Assembly (NCBI GenBank): GCA_905178155.1
Contig: CAJINV010000001.1
Location: 3,673,706-3,737,705, forward strand
From: Amoebophrya sp. A120
Lineage: Eukaryota > Protista > Dinoflagellata
Reading direction: 5' to 3'
Length of the DNA stretch: 64,000 bases
Both the position numbers and the translations under genes were made by a program. Of this stretch, positions 45,763 to 59,019 are shown piece by piece. Every line of letters starts with the position of its first letter. Position 1 is the stretch's first letter. The notes under the pieces are model-generated. The model saw only the letters and a list, made by a program, of their open reading frames with translations. It was not told the origin of the DNA and did no database searches.

Positions 45763-48700
45763 GATTTGAAGATGGTGGAAATAAGCTGCATGTTACGAAA
45801 GTGTGACTTTGTTATCTTTTGCCAATAAATGCCCAAACAGGGAGATTGTGCTCCAATCCCTTTGCTTTCTGCTGAGTCATATCACGGCAGGTCCGCCAAG
45901 AAGTGGAAGAAGATAGAAGAACAAGAAGTGCCATGGAAGAAACCTTTTTCTTTCACTTAGACGTGAAGATCGGGATGACGCAGAAGAGGTGCCGCAAACT
46001 GACACAGATCGTAAAAGGTGTAGGGTGCACATCGGTTGTGTGCTTGCGGGTTAATACATGTGATCGCTTAGATGAAGAGATCAGACTCTACTTCAGTGCT
46101 GCCACGGCAGGAGGTTTTCGAAAAGAGGGGATCGGGATATCAGGTCATCACCAAGCATAATGTCTTCTACCTCAGGACGAGATCGCGATCACAACCTCCT
46201 TAGATATCAGGATCATGTTTTGGAACAAGGATGAACATACAAGTGCCCCCCGTGTTGTACGATCTCACTTGCTATAGCCACGGGCCTTCTAGAGAACTCC
46301 AACTCGTTCATCGAACATCCTAATTTATTTCGTGCCCGCTTCCATATCCATTGGTAAGTCATAGCGAGGCCGGCCTTACTTGACGAAGATCTACTTAATA
46401 GTGGACATGCGACCGCTTCTAGTCCGTCGTCTGCGCTTTTCTGATCACAACTTCGGCACGCTCGATAGTAAGAGACTGTTGACTATTCCAGTCTAGGTCG
46501 ATCTAGCATAGAGCCACGACAGGAATGTGTAGGTTCAGAAGAATGACCCGCAGAGACGATAATGCATGTTGACTCTGTGACTCCAATGATGTATGACAGC
46601 CGCACGGCTTACGAAAATGCCGCCCCATTTTTTCTCCACCGATTCCGAAGTGCCAAATTCCAATCTCAGAGAAAAAGGTTGTTTTTAGAGAATGGTAGTT
46701 ATCGTTTTCTAAACGCCGCAAGAGAGTATGAAGAATTGTTGAAAAGAAGCTGTAATCTCAAACACGCATGAATGTAAATCTTCGACGACAAAACACAGAT
46801 CGGTCGATTGTAATAAGTATGTTTTGTAAGTTGATGTAACGCATTCTTGTACCTCAATAATTTTCGTAATATTCTGCGCTGGGATATTTTTCATTGTATG
46901 TTGATATGTTGATAAAGGTCTCGCTGGTAGTGGTATTCTACTTTTCAACATATTTATAAAAGCTTTCCGTTGGTAAGTATCACACAGGGAAAAACACATT
47001 ATCATATCTGTAGCAGACATTCGTTTGCAGGAAAGTTGTCACCACCACTCGAAAACGTGTAGGAAGTTGACCACGGCCACGACCAGCCTGTCACCACGTG
47101 GCTTCGGAAAAAGTCACAAAGGACCATACCGGGCGGGTAATTTGAATCTTTGTGGAAAAGTCCGAATACAAGCTGTCGTGCACCAGAGGAAAATTCCATA
47201 CCGTTTTTTCTCGCTTGTTATTTCACTGAGTCCCTTGCTGATACTCCTCTACCCTAAAAATTATCTGAGCGACATACTAGTAACAGCAAAAACCAAAAAG
47301 AATTCCACACCTCTATAATAAGCACCGGGAAAAACTAAAACCGATTCCAAAAGGAAAGGTTCACACGCTCTTACTATCCATCAGCTTTACATCACCCTTG
47401 GTCACCAGCACTTGTACATTTGTTTCTACGCTCTATCAACTACACAGTTTTTTATGTTGAGCCAGTGTTGGAACAGATGCGGATTGCAGAACTACACCAG
47501 AACGGCATTTCAATTATAGTTGCGCTGCAAGAATCAGAAAGATAAAGATTATCTACTGCTTTGAGTAACGCATTAAGCTCTTTTCAGCTGTGTAGTTAAG
47601 TCGTCGCGTGCTTCACTCTCAAGTTCTTTCAAAGTTTCTCCATCATTTGCGGAGCTACAGGTATACTTATTTAGCACTCTATCTCTGTTTTAGTTTGACT
47701 TTTACACAGCAGTATTCTCCGTTTCATATCGCTTGAATAAGTAAAAGTCGTTTAAACAGGTCGGCGGGTTTAGGACTTTATTTTGCGCGCGTTAAGCTCT
47801 TCTCTCAACACCGACGAGACGCTTCATTTTCCTGTATCTTTACTAACTCATACAGCACGACTGGTCCCCACCTAAATCGGTCGACTTAGGCCTTACAAGG
47901 CACGGAAAAGGCAGGAACTCTGCCAATTTTTCTGTTTCTTTTCCAACTCGCCTTGTCCCACTCTAAAAATGAATATTTGCAAAATAGTAATACAGAGACT
48001 TGATCCACTTTCTCCCCGACCTACCTAAAACTCGTCCGTATCTCAGGTTCAGCTCGATCCTTCCAAGACCAAAAAGTAAAATTAAGCTGTAAGGCTACCC
48101 AGGCACACAACTGTTTCAAACCCATGTGCACTTGCATTTAGCATGGTATGGACTCAATCCAAGGAGAGCGTTTAGTGAGTTAATTTTGCGTCCGACCTTT
48201 TTCAAATAGTACAGCGACTACCAAGGTTTTAATGTGTAAGAGTTTTATACTAGTTCCTTCAATTTTCACAACGATCTCCAGTTTTTTATTCTTATTGAGG
48301 GCCCCCAAGTTTCCGAGTTTTGTTGTCTGCTAAAAAAAGTTGTAACCACACGCGAAACGCAAACACACCAATTTACGACCGAGGAGGGTGCTGCGGTGGC
48401 GTGGCATCAGTCTCGAGTCAGAACGGAGGGGCAGATAGACGCCTTCCCGTTCAGGCCTGAGAGGCGACCACACTGCTCCTTCCTAGTCGTGTGCCAGCTC
48501 GCGAAAAGATGTAAGCCCGCGTCTGTCTATCGAGGGCTTGAGTAAGAGGCAACGCCAATCACCACCTAATTCCCGTCCCGTCCCGTTCTATACCTCAAAG
48601 TCAAAGTCATTTCCTTGTGTCAAAACGACATAAAGAAAACTACGGTAGGTCAACATGTAGCTGTTCCATCATTCCTACTGCATTGATTTGTAGTTTCTCG

Positions 48701-50056
48701 AATATCTTCACTTCGTGCGAGGACGTTGTGTCGGCATCGGCAAGATGAATTTGTTCATCGCTTGCAGGAGGTCGCCAAGTAGTTGTAAACATAGCGACGC
48801 AATATGCTGTACAGCCGACATAGCTGAAGTATTTCTGTAGGAGGCAATAATTTAGAAGGCATACTCCAACTCCATACAACTTGTACTTTACGCGTATCTT
48901 GCACCTGTACTACGAAGTCCTTACTTGGCACACTGGATGGTCTTGGACATGACAAAAGTGGTTGCATCAATATTTTTTATTTGGCTGCTGAACGTAAACC
49001 TAAAGCTAGCAAGTAGTAGGCGAGTTCTAGTTCTGCCTTCACACCTGAAGAAAGGAACTCTTCACGTTCCCCGGCAGATGAAGCGAAGGAACGGCTGGCA
49101 CTGAGCCAATAGTTGTGAATAAGTAAATTCCCGACACCAGCAGGTGGAGAGTTTTTTCGATCCTTGCAGCACAAGCATTATCCAAAAGCGAACTACAGCA
49201 GCGCGAAGACGGTGGTGCCAAGAAACGCTTCTGGACCACGTCGCCGCGCCCAGGGCGGAGTCCTCTCCTCCGGAAGAACTAGCAAGTTGGCAACGCACAA
49301 GAAGGGCTGCTCTGGAGTCAGCTATAGTATCTTCAAGGATCATTATCATATCAACACTGAGAAACCCACCCCGCAGAAGATGTTGAAGCAGAAGCGAAGC
49401 GAAAGCGGAGGCGCACATCACGAGAGAAGAACCTGCTGCATGGTAATGATGTTGCCGGCGGGTCGTGTATTCCTTCGTGTGGGTTTCGGATCCTTGGCGA
49501 TGCTGGAAGCTGTCTTCGGGAGCGGGCTGGGTCCGGCCAGTTCTAGTACGTCTTTCCCAGCAGTTTTTTCCGAAGGAAATGGAAAACGGCCACAAAGCAC
49601 TGCAGTACAGCAGCACAGCCCGCCGCTCCAGTCCGGTCCTGGAAGTCTTGACTTCACTGCGCGCCAGTTTACTGTGCACCGGGGCGGGAACGACGCGGAT
49701 GATGACGACGACGACGACACAGATGCCATGGAAAAGGACATGATTTCGGTACCGCAGCACCTCGATACTATGCACTGAACAAGAAGTTGTTGTATTGCTA
49801 TAATGTAGAAGAACAAGAACAAAAAGTTTAATGTATGCGTCTTTGATGAGACGGTGACGGACTCCGAACTACTACGACCTCCAGTCGTTTTTTTCTGTCT
49901 GAGTGCCATTCAAATAAAAGGCGCATAGGGTGCCGTGCGAGTATCAATGCGCTAACTTTAGATTCATATTCGAATTCATCTGAACGTTTTCTTCCTGTGT
50001 TAATTATCTAATGTGACTACAGAGCGGTACTTCTTTGTTGGCGGTGCATAGCTTAT

Positions 50057-53000
50057 GTGGGCGCTTCCGGATCCGGGCTTGTTCCCGTTTTTCCAGCGGA
50101 GGAGTTCTTCACCTCCTCAGATTCCGACGAAAACCGGCCCCGGCGGGGGCCTTCGTTGCAGGAAATGCAGAAGGCGTGGCAGGAGGAGCAACAGGCTGCT
50201 TTGAGAGGAAATAAGGGAGGACCAGCTGCGTCTTCTTCCGACGGCAAACCGGCCCTCAAAGGCATCTTTGGAGTCCCCGCGAGTAGAAATCCTTCGCGAG
50301 GCTCTCCTGATCACTTCGAGGACGAGCTGAAAAAGTTGACGCACCGATTGGACGGTTCATCCCTGCTTAAGGGCAGCGGGAGCGGAGCCCAACGACATCA
50401 TCGCCACACAGGAGCGTCGACGAGGTCTGGCCCTGTGCAAAAACTCATCGACGACGCCCGCGGGAGACAACTGCGCGACTTTACTATGACGGAGGGAGCT
50501 GCAAGCGGAGATGCTGGTACTAGTCCTGGAATTACTACTACGGCAGCAACGACGCTTGAGGATCTCTTACTCTTTGGTCCAAAAAGCCGCCGCAAAACAG
50601 CAGCACCTGCGAGCCTGAGCTCCTTGTCCACGACCCATAATTCCGAGAATCAAGTCTGCTCGCCTCCACTTGAAGCTAACCTCCAGCAGCACCGCACGGC
50701 CATGACCGTCAATGAGAAAATGAAGGGGTGGCTCCAGTCGCAAGCAAAGGCAAACATCCTCACGGAGGAAGCTTTGCTGATGCAACATCGTCACGATCTT
50801 CAGGAGGCACGTCGTGCTGGTGCCGGTATCAATGACAAAACGTGCGCTAACCCGGAAGATGCAGCAAGAAATTCTCTTGCTGCAGTTGTATCCTCGGCTC
50901 CAGATGACGGACGAGCAGACGGGAAGAAGAGAACGCTGCAACATGCTGCAGCCGAAGAACTACGCGGTGTAGCTCCACATCTTTTGCCGACGCACGACAC
51001 TAGCGCGCCACCGTCGTTCTTTGCGGGTACTACCAGTACGGGAACTACTGGTGGTGAGCCGAACTGGAAGTACAACAACAGCTCGCGAACCCTCCTGTCG
51101 CACCAGCGCGTGCTGGCCACGACCGGTGGTCGTGGTAGCGAGCCCGCTATGCTGGGTCCTCGTGAGACCAGTGGTAGCAGCAGCTGCGGCCCGGCGGCGC
51201 CGGGAGTGGCAGGGGGACCACCTGCAACATCTGGAGGTACAACGAGCGGCCATCACCAGTGCCCGCTACCGCTCGCGCCGACGCCGGATTTTGATGAAAC
51301 GGTGGTTGTGGACCCGAGGGATCGAGTGAATCTGCTCCAGCAGGCGTTTTCCCTTCCACCGTCGCCCTTCTCCCCGCAGCTCCTGTGTGGAACAAGAAAC
51401 ATCAGGGAACAACAACAAACCGCCAGTTGTAGCTCTACAGCAGGGGCTCTGACCGAGGTATTTTGTCCGCAACCAACGAAGTTGCTGACGGACTGCGAGA
51501 TGAAAGCTTCCACCGAAGAACGAACGTGTCCCGCACCACCGGGGACTTCACTTGCGAGCGCTGAAGATGATGCGGCGACTGTGGTATCGGGAGCTTTAGA
51601 TGTTGACAACAAGAAGGACGTCAAAGATCTTTCCACAACTGCCGCCCGTCGCAGTAGAGTGGAGGAGTCTTTCGAAGAGATCGATCTTTTCCAACGTCGC
51701 TACAACGAGGAGGAACACTCTGCGGAGGAACGACGGAGAGGACACGTCGACCAGCATCAGTCTGTCGACACGCGGACGGCTGAGACGAATGGAAATAACC
51801 CTAGGATCTCCGGTGCGCAACGACTTGGAGGTACAACTGGCAACTACGAAATCGTCGATCAACCACAAGGTAGTTCGAGCGAATCTCTGCGGTTGCCGTC
51901 TACTGATCTTTTGCTAGTACAACATGGGGCAGCTGCTGTAGTACCTACTTCCCCTTCCGCGGCGCCTCAAGCAGGGGCGGGCGAAGCTGCAGCGTCTTCC
52001 TCGTCGGCCCCAAAACGGCGCCAGCTGATTGTACAAGGGGTGCGGAGTGTCACCGCAGCAGCTCCTCTTGCTGCTGCTGCTGCTGCTGCTTGGGCGGGAG
52101 CAGGCAGGCGCGGACGGTCGCCGGAGGTGCAACTGCGCGACCTCGAGCGAGACGACTCCAGCCGGCCACTTGGCCGCGGTTCCCGCGCGCGAACTCGGAG
52201 CGAACCGCCCCAAGTCGCTGGGGGATATCAGGCGGCGGCGCAAGTCGTGCTCACGCGGTACGGGATCCGCAACGTCGCGAACAACTACCCAGCAGACGAC
52301 CACGACCCGGCAGAGGTGGACGCGGCGCAGGGACCACTTGCAAGAAATGATCCGGCTGCAGCAGTTGATCTACTGCAAGACGCAGTGGCGGACGCGATGG
52401 AGATTGGCTCGGACGCGAGCACGCCGGATCTGCCCGAAGAAGGTGAAGTGGTCGAGGGTGTTGAGCACCGCTTCACTGCCGCGAACATCGCGGCGTTAGC
52501 GAACGCAGCAGCAGATGGCGACGGGGTTGTTCACCTGCCCGCGGCGGACCAGCTGTCGTCCTCCCATTCTGACGCCATGAGCGATGGCACCTGGGAGAGC
52601 GCAAGCGGCCGGGTAGCCAGCCCGGTCCGGGACGACCGCGGGGAGCACGTTGGCTTGGCTAAGCTAGTTCCTGAAGACGTCGGAGATGATTTTTATACCG
52701 CACAGAGCAGCACCGCGGCAGGGGCGCGCATCCAACAAGCGCAAAATGAAGTTGTACTTACAACTGCGGAACAACCACGTCAACATGTTGTTCGTCCATT
52801 GCTCACGGAAGATCTGCGAAAGACGCATGGCGATAATTCCTCCTGGGTGAGTGGGGCAGCTCCTGGTGCTGAAGCGAACGACACAAGTCAGAATCAAGAC
52901 TCCTTGTATAATACGAATAACACCGGCACGACAACGACGTCCGCCTCGGTCGTAGCTACCGGCGGCTCCGCCAGCAGCAACGTCGGCATCTTCCGAGGAT

Positions 53001-55261
53001 TTGCGCTCCCCGAAGACGAGTCGCAGTTGGGAGTTCTAGAAGCAGATCTTCCTCCGTTTCGCCGCATCCATTCAGGGGGTCATCTCTCGGATCTGGCGGA
53101 GACGCTGTTCTCGAACTCGACTAACGATGGACGTGCTCCTCGGGGCGCGTCGCGGAACCAGTCGGCCGAGCGGCGGTCTCCGTCGCTGCCGCCACCTGCG
53201 ATGCGCCGGTCTCCGCACCTGTCGCAGCCGAGCGTGTTTCTAAACGCTTCAGATTGGTTATCCGCGGGGGCTACACCAGCGAGCGGGGTGCCGGACCTAC
53301 CGAAAGTCGCATCATCGCTTTCGATGCGAAGTGTGATGTCGGGGTCGCTTGAGATGTCTGCCGGCTCCCGAACCGGAACCCCAGACTCTGGCTCGGCAAC
53401 CGCGGGGCACGACGAGAGTCGTTCCGCTTCTAAAGAAGGCCTCCCAGCCTCGCCGGTCCTCGCACATCAATCGCGAGGCTTCTTGCAGCACTTCTTCGGA
53501 ACACCAGCTGCTTCATCCACACAGCAAGCCGCCTCCTCGACGCCTCAGGTGGACGAGCAATCCTTGCTGGTTGCTCCGACTCCGGGCACTGCGAGGCAGC
53601 ACGGGGCTGTGGCACCCGGAATGGAGCTTTTCGCCTCCAACGAGGAGTCCGGGGTTGTGGATCTCTTGAATGCAGCAGCTGAGCAAAGCATGGCAGCGTT
53701 GCAGTCCGGCGCGAGCAGCGCAGCAGTCGGCACTGATGAATCCGTTCAAGATGTTGACGTGATCCCTCCGACCAGTCTTCTGAACGCACTTCCAGGCGTC
53801 AGCGCTGCTTTGCGACATGGGGGAGTAGGTGAACCCTCGTTCGTCGTGCCACCTTCAACTGCTGACCACCAGATACCTGCGATAACATCATTCCGCCCCT
53901 CTTCTACGCTGGTTGCGGCGATTCAGCAGGCCGTTGAACAAGCACAGCAGCCAAGGCAAGCGGCTCCTGCTGCTTCGAGACCATCGGAACCCGAACCACG
54001 ACCAACCGACGATCCTCAGTGTCGCTCTCGGGTGGAGCAGCCGCAGACCCCGACGAGAGTAGATGAAACACCACCGCACCAGATTGTAACACCCGTTGCC
54101 GTCAGGCCCGCAGCTGCCAGAAGCTCTTCGGGCGACGAAATAAACACGGAGTCCTCAGCGAACGCCACGACGACGAAGCAGAAGGAGGGAGATAGCTCTG
54201 CTGGCCACCCGCAGCCACACGATGCGCAGTTAGAAGTACCCTCTTCCAGCGGTGCTGCTTTTCTGCATCGTGGCGATCATGATGGACCACGACAGCCAGG
54301 TACTACCATCAGCGCTCGCACACTGGTGGAAGCTTGGGGCAGAGGTGAGGCTCCGGAGAAGATACACTTCCGGCAGGCGATAGCACGACTAAACAGTACA
54401 GGAACGGAGAGCCAAGAAGCTGGATCAACTACATCTAAACAGTGGCGGAACAACTACAACAAATTTAACAAGATGACTGCGCCTCCTGCGGCCTTCTCCT
54501 CAACGCGCGCGATCCGGGCGGAGCCCTACGGAACATCAACCGGAGCTGCCGCGGCGAGAGGGCAACATGATCAGGAGGATCAGTCGACGAGGGAAGGCGA
54601 CGAAGGACACAACCGAGGACAGGATTTTCGTGGCAGCTTTCGGTCCAGCACAGGTGCTCTGCCGGGCAATGCAGGAGAAAATAAAGATACTAGCTTTGAT
54701 GTTTCTGCTGTGATGGAGGAGTCAAAAGCAAAACGCACGGAGACACCGCAGCACCAGCAAAGTCGTGCTGGTGCTGCGGGTAAGTACAATACCAGGGCAT
54801 CTTCATCATCATCTTCGTCTCTGTCCGGTATGTCTCAACCGTCCGGTCTTTTCGGTCCATTATGGGGTTCCCGTGGAGCAGCCGGAGGCGGAGCAACCGT
54901 ACAGGGTCGTAAACTTTTCGGAGTTTTTACGGATGTCGATTGCACCACCGGATCGTCGCCCGAAGGTCCTCCGCGCCACCTCCTCCGACCTGGCGAGGTG
55001 GATTACAATGCGATTGCGGCAGAGCATCTTCTACTTCTTGAGCAAATGTACGGTAAAAACCTCTCTTCGATCGCGGAAGCAGCCGAGGCCGATGACGAGG
55101 GCGGCGGGAGCCAAGAGGAGGGAAGCGAGCGGGGCCGGCGATGGACGCACTGCAGCGGCCGAGAATCCAGCCGTTCAAACGCTTCCTCGCCTATCCAATA
55201 CAGCAAATCTTCGAAAAAATTACTCTCGAATCAAATAGAGAGGAACAATTTAAGTACATAA
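50057..55261 (+). CDS. Long low-complexity hypothetical protein (1734-codon ORF)
   Basis: 5.2-kb uninterrupted ORF, S/A/G/T/P-rich and probably disordered. True start uncertain: ATG 50165, or spliced from upstream (ORF 49164-49778 could be an exon). Confidence 0.65.
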   Translation: MGASGSGLVPVFPAEEFFTSSDSDENRPRRGPSLQEMQKAWQEEQQAALRGNKGGPAASSSDGKPALKGIFGVPASRNPSRGSPDHFEDELKKLTHRLDGSSLLKGSGSGAQRHHRHTGASTRSGPVQKLIDDARGRQLRDFTMTEGAASGDAGTSPGITTTAATTLEDLLLFGPKSRRKTAAPASLSSLSTTHNSENQVCSPPLEANLQQHRTAMTVNEKMKGWLQSQAKANILTEEALLMQHRHDLQEARRAGAGINDKTCANPEDAARNSLAAVVSSAPDDGRADGKKRTLQHAAAEELRGVAPHLLPTHDTSAPPSFFAGTTSTGTTGGEPNWKYNNSSRTLLSHQRVLATTGGRGSEPAMLGPRETSGSSSCGPAAPGVAGGPPATSGGTTSGHHQCPLPLAPTPDFDETVVVDPRDRVNLLQQAFSLPPSPFSPQLLCGTRNIREQQQTASCSSTAGALTEVFCPQPTKLLTDCEMKASTEERTCPAPPGTSLASAEDDAATVVSGALDVDNKKDVKDLSTTAARRSRVEESFEEIDLFQRRYNEEEHSAEERRRGHVDQHQSVDTRTAETNGNNPRISGAQRLGGTTGNYEIVDQPQGSSSESLRLPSTDLLLVQHGAAAVVPTSPSAAPQAGAGEAAASSSSAPKRRQLIVQGVRSVTAAAPLAAAAAAAWAGAGRRGRSPEVQLRDLERDDSSRPLGRGSRARTRSEPPQVAGGYQAAAQVVLTRYGIRNVANNYPADDHDPAEVDAAQGPLARNDPAAAVDLLQDAVADAMEIGSDASTPDLPEEGEVVEGVEHRFTAANIAALANAAADGDGVVHLPAADQLSSSHSDAMSDGTWESASGRVASPVRDDRGEHVGLAKLVPEDVGDDFYTAQSSTAAGARIQQAQNEVVLTTAEQPRQHVVRPLLTEDLRKTHGDNSSWVSGAAPGAEANDTSQNQDSLYNTNNTGTTTTSASVVATGGSASSNVGIFRGFALPEDESQLGVLEADLPPFRRIHSGGHLSDLAETLFSNSTNDGRAPRGASRNQSAERRSPSLPPPAMRRSPHLSQPSVFLNASDWLSAGATPASGVPDLPKVASSLSMRSVMSGSLEMSAGSRTGTPDSGSATAGHDESRSASKEGLPASPVLAHQSRGFLQHFFGTPAASSTQQAASSTPQVDEQSLLVAPTPGTARQHGAVAPGMELFASNEESGVVDLLNAAAEQSMAALQSGASSAAVGTDESVQDVDVIPPTSLLNALPGVSAALRHGGVGEPSFVVPPSTADHQIPAITSFRPSSTLVAAIQQAVEQAQQPRQAAPAASRPSEPEPRPTDDPQCRSRVEQPQTPTRVDETPPHQIVTPVAVRPAAARSSSGDEINTESSANATTTKQKEGDSSAGHPQPHDAQLEVPSSSGAAFLHRGDHDGPRQPGTTISARTLVEAWGRGEAPEKIHFRQAIARLNSTGTESQEAGSTTSKQWRNNYNKFNKMTAPPAAFSSTRAIRAEPYGTSTGAAAARGQHDQEDQSTREGDEGHNRGQDFRGSFRSSTGALPGNAGENKDTSFDVSAVMEESKAKRTETPQHQQSRAGAAGKYNTRASSSSSSSLSGMSQPSGLFGPLWGSRGAAGGGATVQGRKLFGVFTDVDCTTGSSPEGPPRHLLRPGEVDYNAIAAEHLLLLEQMYGKNLSSIAEAAEADDEGGGSQEEGSERGRRWTHCSGRESSRSNASSPIQYSKSSKKLLSNQIERNNLST

Positions 55262-55612
55262 ATTCAAATTTATCGCTTCACTACTCAGCCCTGGGACATC
55301 AACTATACTGCGGTATTGCGCTCTTCAGGTACTGCTCTTTTGCGTTTCATGCATCCGGCCGTGGCGTAGACTTTCATGGGCGTGCATTCTTTCACCATAA
55401 TGGATTTGGATACTTATGGCGCGTGGTAGTTCTGATCGACAACAAGCCCAAGCGCAAGGACAAGCTGTTGGCTGCGACCTGCTATGGTCTTCATGTATGT
55501 GAGATAGATGGATTCTGGAACACTGTAGATGATTTGCTTTGTCCTTTTGCATACCGTTCCTGAAGCGCAAGCGAGTGAAAACTCCATCCAGGGGTCTGGT
55601 GCGCACAGAGAG

Positions 55613-55696
55613 TGCGACCCGAGCAGACGAAGAGCACGACGGTCGGGTTCTTGCTGCGACCCGAGCAGATGAGGAGCACGACGGTCGGGTTGCTGC
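55613..55696. repeat. 42-bp tandem duplication
   Basis: TGCGACCCGAGCAGAYGARGAGCACGACGGTCGGGTT.. x2; reads ATRADEEHDGRV twice in ORF 55539. Confidence 0.85.
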
Positions 55697-56901
55697 GCTC
55701 GAGCTGCGTGGGGCCAACAGCCGGAGCCCCGCACGCAGCGCTGCTTCGTCCGGCCGTGGTTTCGCGTCCTCGGCAGCCGGCTCGGGTGTGGGTTCCGCGG
55801 CAGGTCGCGGGCGCGGCAGGCCGCCCGTGGTGGCCTCGTCACGTCCCCCTCCCCGTCTAGACGCGGCATTCGGATATGCCGGCAATAGCACTGCGGAAAT
55901 GTTATCTAACGGATCCGACTCTGGAGCGGGTGTGCCTCCTGCTTTTTCAAACAGTACAGTTCCGCTGAGATTATCTGGTACTAGAGCCATTTATTTTTTT
56001 TCATATTTTGGATTTTGTTCGACCAGCCACAACGACAACATTTACATTCACCTTTTTGGACTCGCGATTGGAGATCATGAAGAAGGCTTCACTGTTCTTT
56101 CGCGTCGTCTTTTTGAAAAGTTAGAGTGTAGTTGCTGTTGTTCCAGGGCATTATTTCGTGAAAGTTATCCACCTTGTTGAAAAATAAAAAACTACCACAG
56201 GAGGCGGACCGGGACGACCGCCGAAGCTAACTGAACGCGCGTTGGCCGCGTTCGCGCAAGTAGGCGGAGGGACCACTGTGGCCCGCGACGCGAAAGATCG
56301 GAGCTACAGTCCGAGCAAGAGAAGTCGCACCAGCATGAATTGGCGGGGGAGCGACGCAGGGGATCGGGCGGACATCGCGAGTCAGACCAATTTGGATTTG
56401 GAATCTTTAGCGGAAGCTACCGATCAAGAGCGTATGAAAGAAGACCTCCCGATGGGAATGCCTATCGGACACGACGACGACGACGACGAGCTAGTACCAA
56501 CCCGGTTACCTTCACAACAGAGCGACGGCGGATCACATCCACGGTGGCTGAGCCTTGCAGTATCCTGATGTAAAAACACTGCTTTTTCGTCAGAACATAC
56601 GAGGATCCTCCATTGCAAAATGCATACAAATTATGTACCCTGAACGGTGAACTGGTTCTTGGTTGGTATGTGCAAAAACGGGCCGCAATAGAACTCTTAT
56701 CCGCATCAACCGAAGTCCTTATAGAAAACAAAGAACAAGTAGAAGTAGAGTTAGATTTCTACTTGTACTTCGATCCACCGTTCTTGCCTTTGTGATCGTT
56801 CTTGCGAGATCGCCTTGCTTACACAGGATACACGTCCTCTTCGCCCTCACCCACCAATGCCTCCCAGTCCCGGCGTGCTAGCGGTAGTGCGTTCTCGATG
56901 A

Positions 56902-57018
56902 GTCCGTCTCCGTTGCCACTATCCCGGTCCCACTCAGGCGGTCCGTCTCCGTTGCCACTGTCCCGGTCCCACTCAGGCGGTCCGTCTCCGTTGCCACTGT
57001 CCCGGTCCCACTCAGGTG
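56902..57018. repeat. 39-bp tandem repeat x3
   Basis: GTCCGTCTCCGTTGCCACTRTCCCGGTCCCACTCAGGYG x3; reads PSPLPLSRSHSGG in ORF 56802. Confidence 0.9.
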
Positions 57019-59019
57019 GTGATCAAGAACAGACTCTCGAAGGCGAAGGTGCAGAAGCGGTGGCATCACCAAAACAATTTTATCTCAGGAAAATCTTCAA
57101 ATGTGAGGCCACGTCTTAGTCATCGGAGGGAGGTGCACGAAACTATGGAAATGCACGCACTTCATTTGCATTCGACCAGCAAGCTAAACAAAAGGAAAGA
57201 TTAAGATTTAGATTGCATGACTTGATAGATATGGGGTGTCGTATCACTGGAAGTGCAGTAGATGAATGCAAGACTTGACGTCTCATTGAAAACTTCACCG
57301 GAATCATAGTATCGCAGCATGGGAGCAAAATAATCATCGGGACGCAGGACGACAAGCAGCGGAGCGTGTTTGTTTCGAGATGGTAGAACTCGAATCTTCC
57401 GGGTGTCAAGGTCCGAACGGGACCACTGCGGCTGCGCAAAAGATAAGCACGAGCGATGAGGAGCACGGAGGGTAAGCAAGAAGAAACGCCAAGCACGAAA
57501 AGCACATGCCCGCGAACGAAGAAGTTGATTGTGTTTCGCTTGGGAAAAAAATAAAATTTTGATCGTAAGTAGTTTCGAAGGACAAATTTTGAAAGTTTCG
57601 CTCTGCATTCTGCGAAGTAGTAAGAAGTAGCTTATTGTCGTCCATAGTATGACACGTTTCATGCGTTGAGAAGTGAGTACACCATCGAATGCCTTGCCGC
57701 GCATTTCCAAACTCAAATTTTTGAAGGCGTCGCAGCGTATACGTGTTGAAAAAGAGCCGACTCTTAGTACTTTGTTTCATCTGCTTTTCAGCTGCAAGTG
57801 TAAGCAGTCGCATGAAGGAGCGGAGCTACATCTACTTTGCACAAAAGTTCTTGTTGTGTCCATGGGCCATGTATCCTTTTCCGAAATCTCAGTGGCTTTG
57901 GAAGATGGATTTTTTTATATATAACTATGTGATATGATTTTTATTGAGTTCGTTTTTGTAAAAATCTTTTTAAATGATAGTGTGCGCACTTGCTTCGAAT
58001 TGTATCAGCTGACAGGCGGATCATGTGGAGCATTTAGCATAACCAAAATTATAATCGGCGAGGCGGGTCCGATCGAACTCCGGCGTGCACTGGATTTAGC
58101 TTTTTTTTGGCTTTTTCTTCTACTCCTTCAGATGCATTCAGAGAAGAACAAAGAACGTATCTGGAGATGCAGAAGGAGATGGTCGAAGAACGCTATCGCG
58201 CGTGGACATCGATATTGTTATATCGATCATTTTTTAATATGTCTTTCCGATTCAAAAGAATCTGGTGACGACAAATATTATTTGTGCGCAAAGATTATAA
58301 GAAGAAAAAAGATGTTGAAGAAGGATGTCGTACTAGTGGCGACCGGCTAGCAACTCTAACTCTAACACCTCCACCACATGCATCTCTGCCATTATTTCTA
58401 GTACGTCAAGCTAATAATAATATTGATAATAGAGCGACAAAAGGCCTCCACCACTTTTTTATTTGAACAAGCAATATGATGGATCAGCCGTAGATTCACG
58501 ACCCTCACCATGTTGTAATTTGTCCTCCGCCCTGTATAACAATAGCCCCATCATGTTCCATGATTGTGGTAGTTCCAGATTTTCGGAAAGGAGGTGGTGG
58601 AAACCAGGACATGGATCCACCGCACCACACAGAACCTATCTGTCGGCTTCGATGCATGTGGTTGAGCACGACCTGGTGCTAATAGCTCTACCTCTATCGC
58701 TTTAGTATTTGTTCTTCACGACCGTGTAAGGACCGACTCCTGTTTACGCGCCAGCCTGTGACTGCCTTCGTACCGGTGTGTAAGTATTGGGCGGAAACTA
58801 ATGCGTGCTAGCGCTAGGGATCTGGTTGTGCTTGTGGTTCGCAGTTGGCCAATCTACTAGCCTTATCCCGCTTCCCGTGTCCAGTAACCTGCAGACTTAA
58901 TAGTATTCCGCTAGATGAATAGCAGCACTCAGCGTGTCTCTGTAGAGAATCGTTGTCGGCGCTTCAGCACAGGCAGGCCCATCTGCCGGCGATTTTCAAA
59001 GCGTCAGAACGGCTTCGGC

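Noticed and set aside
46095-46190. Minus-strand IMLGDDLI resembling an RdRp/RT GDD motif
   Set aside because: Bounded by nearby stops with no other polymerase motifs; probably chance.
55539-57119. Possible multi-exon gene joining ORFs 55539, 56242 and 56802
   Set aside because: In-frame 42- and 39-bp repeats hint at coding, but I could not build a supported start or splice model.
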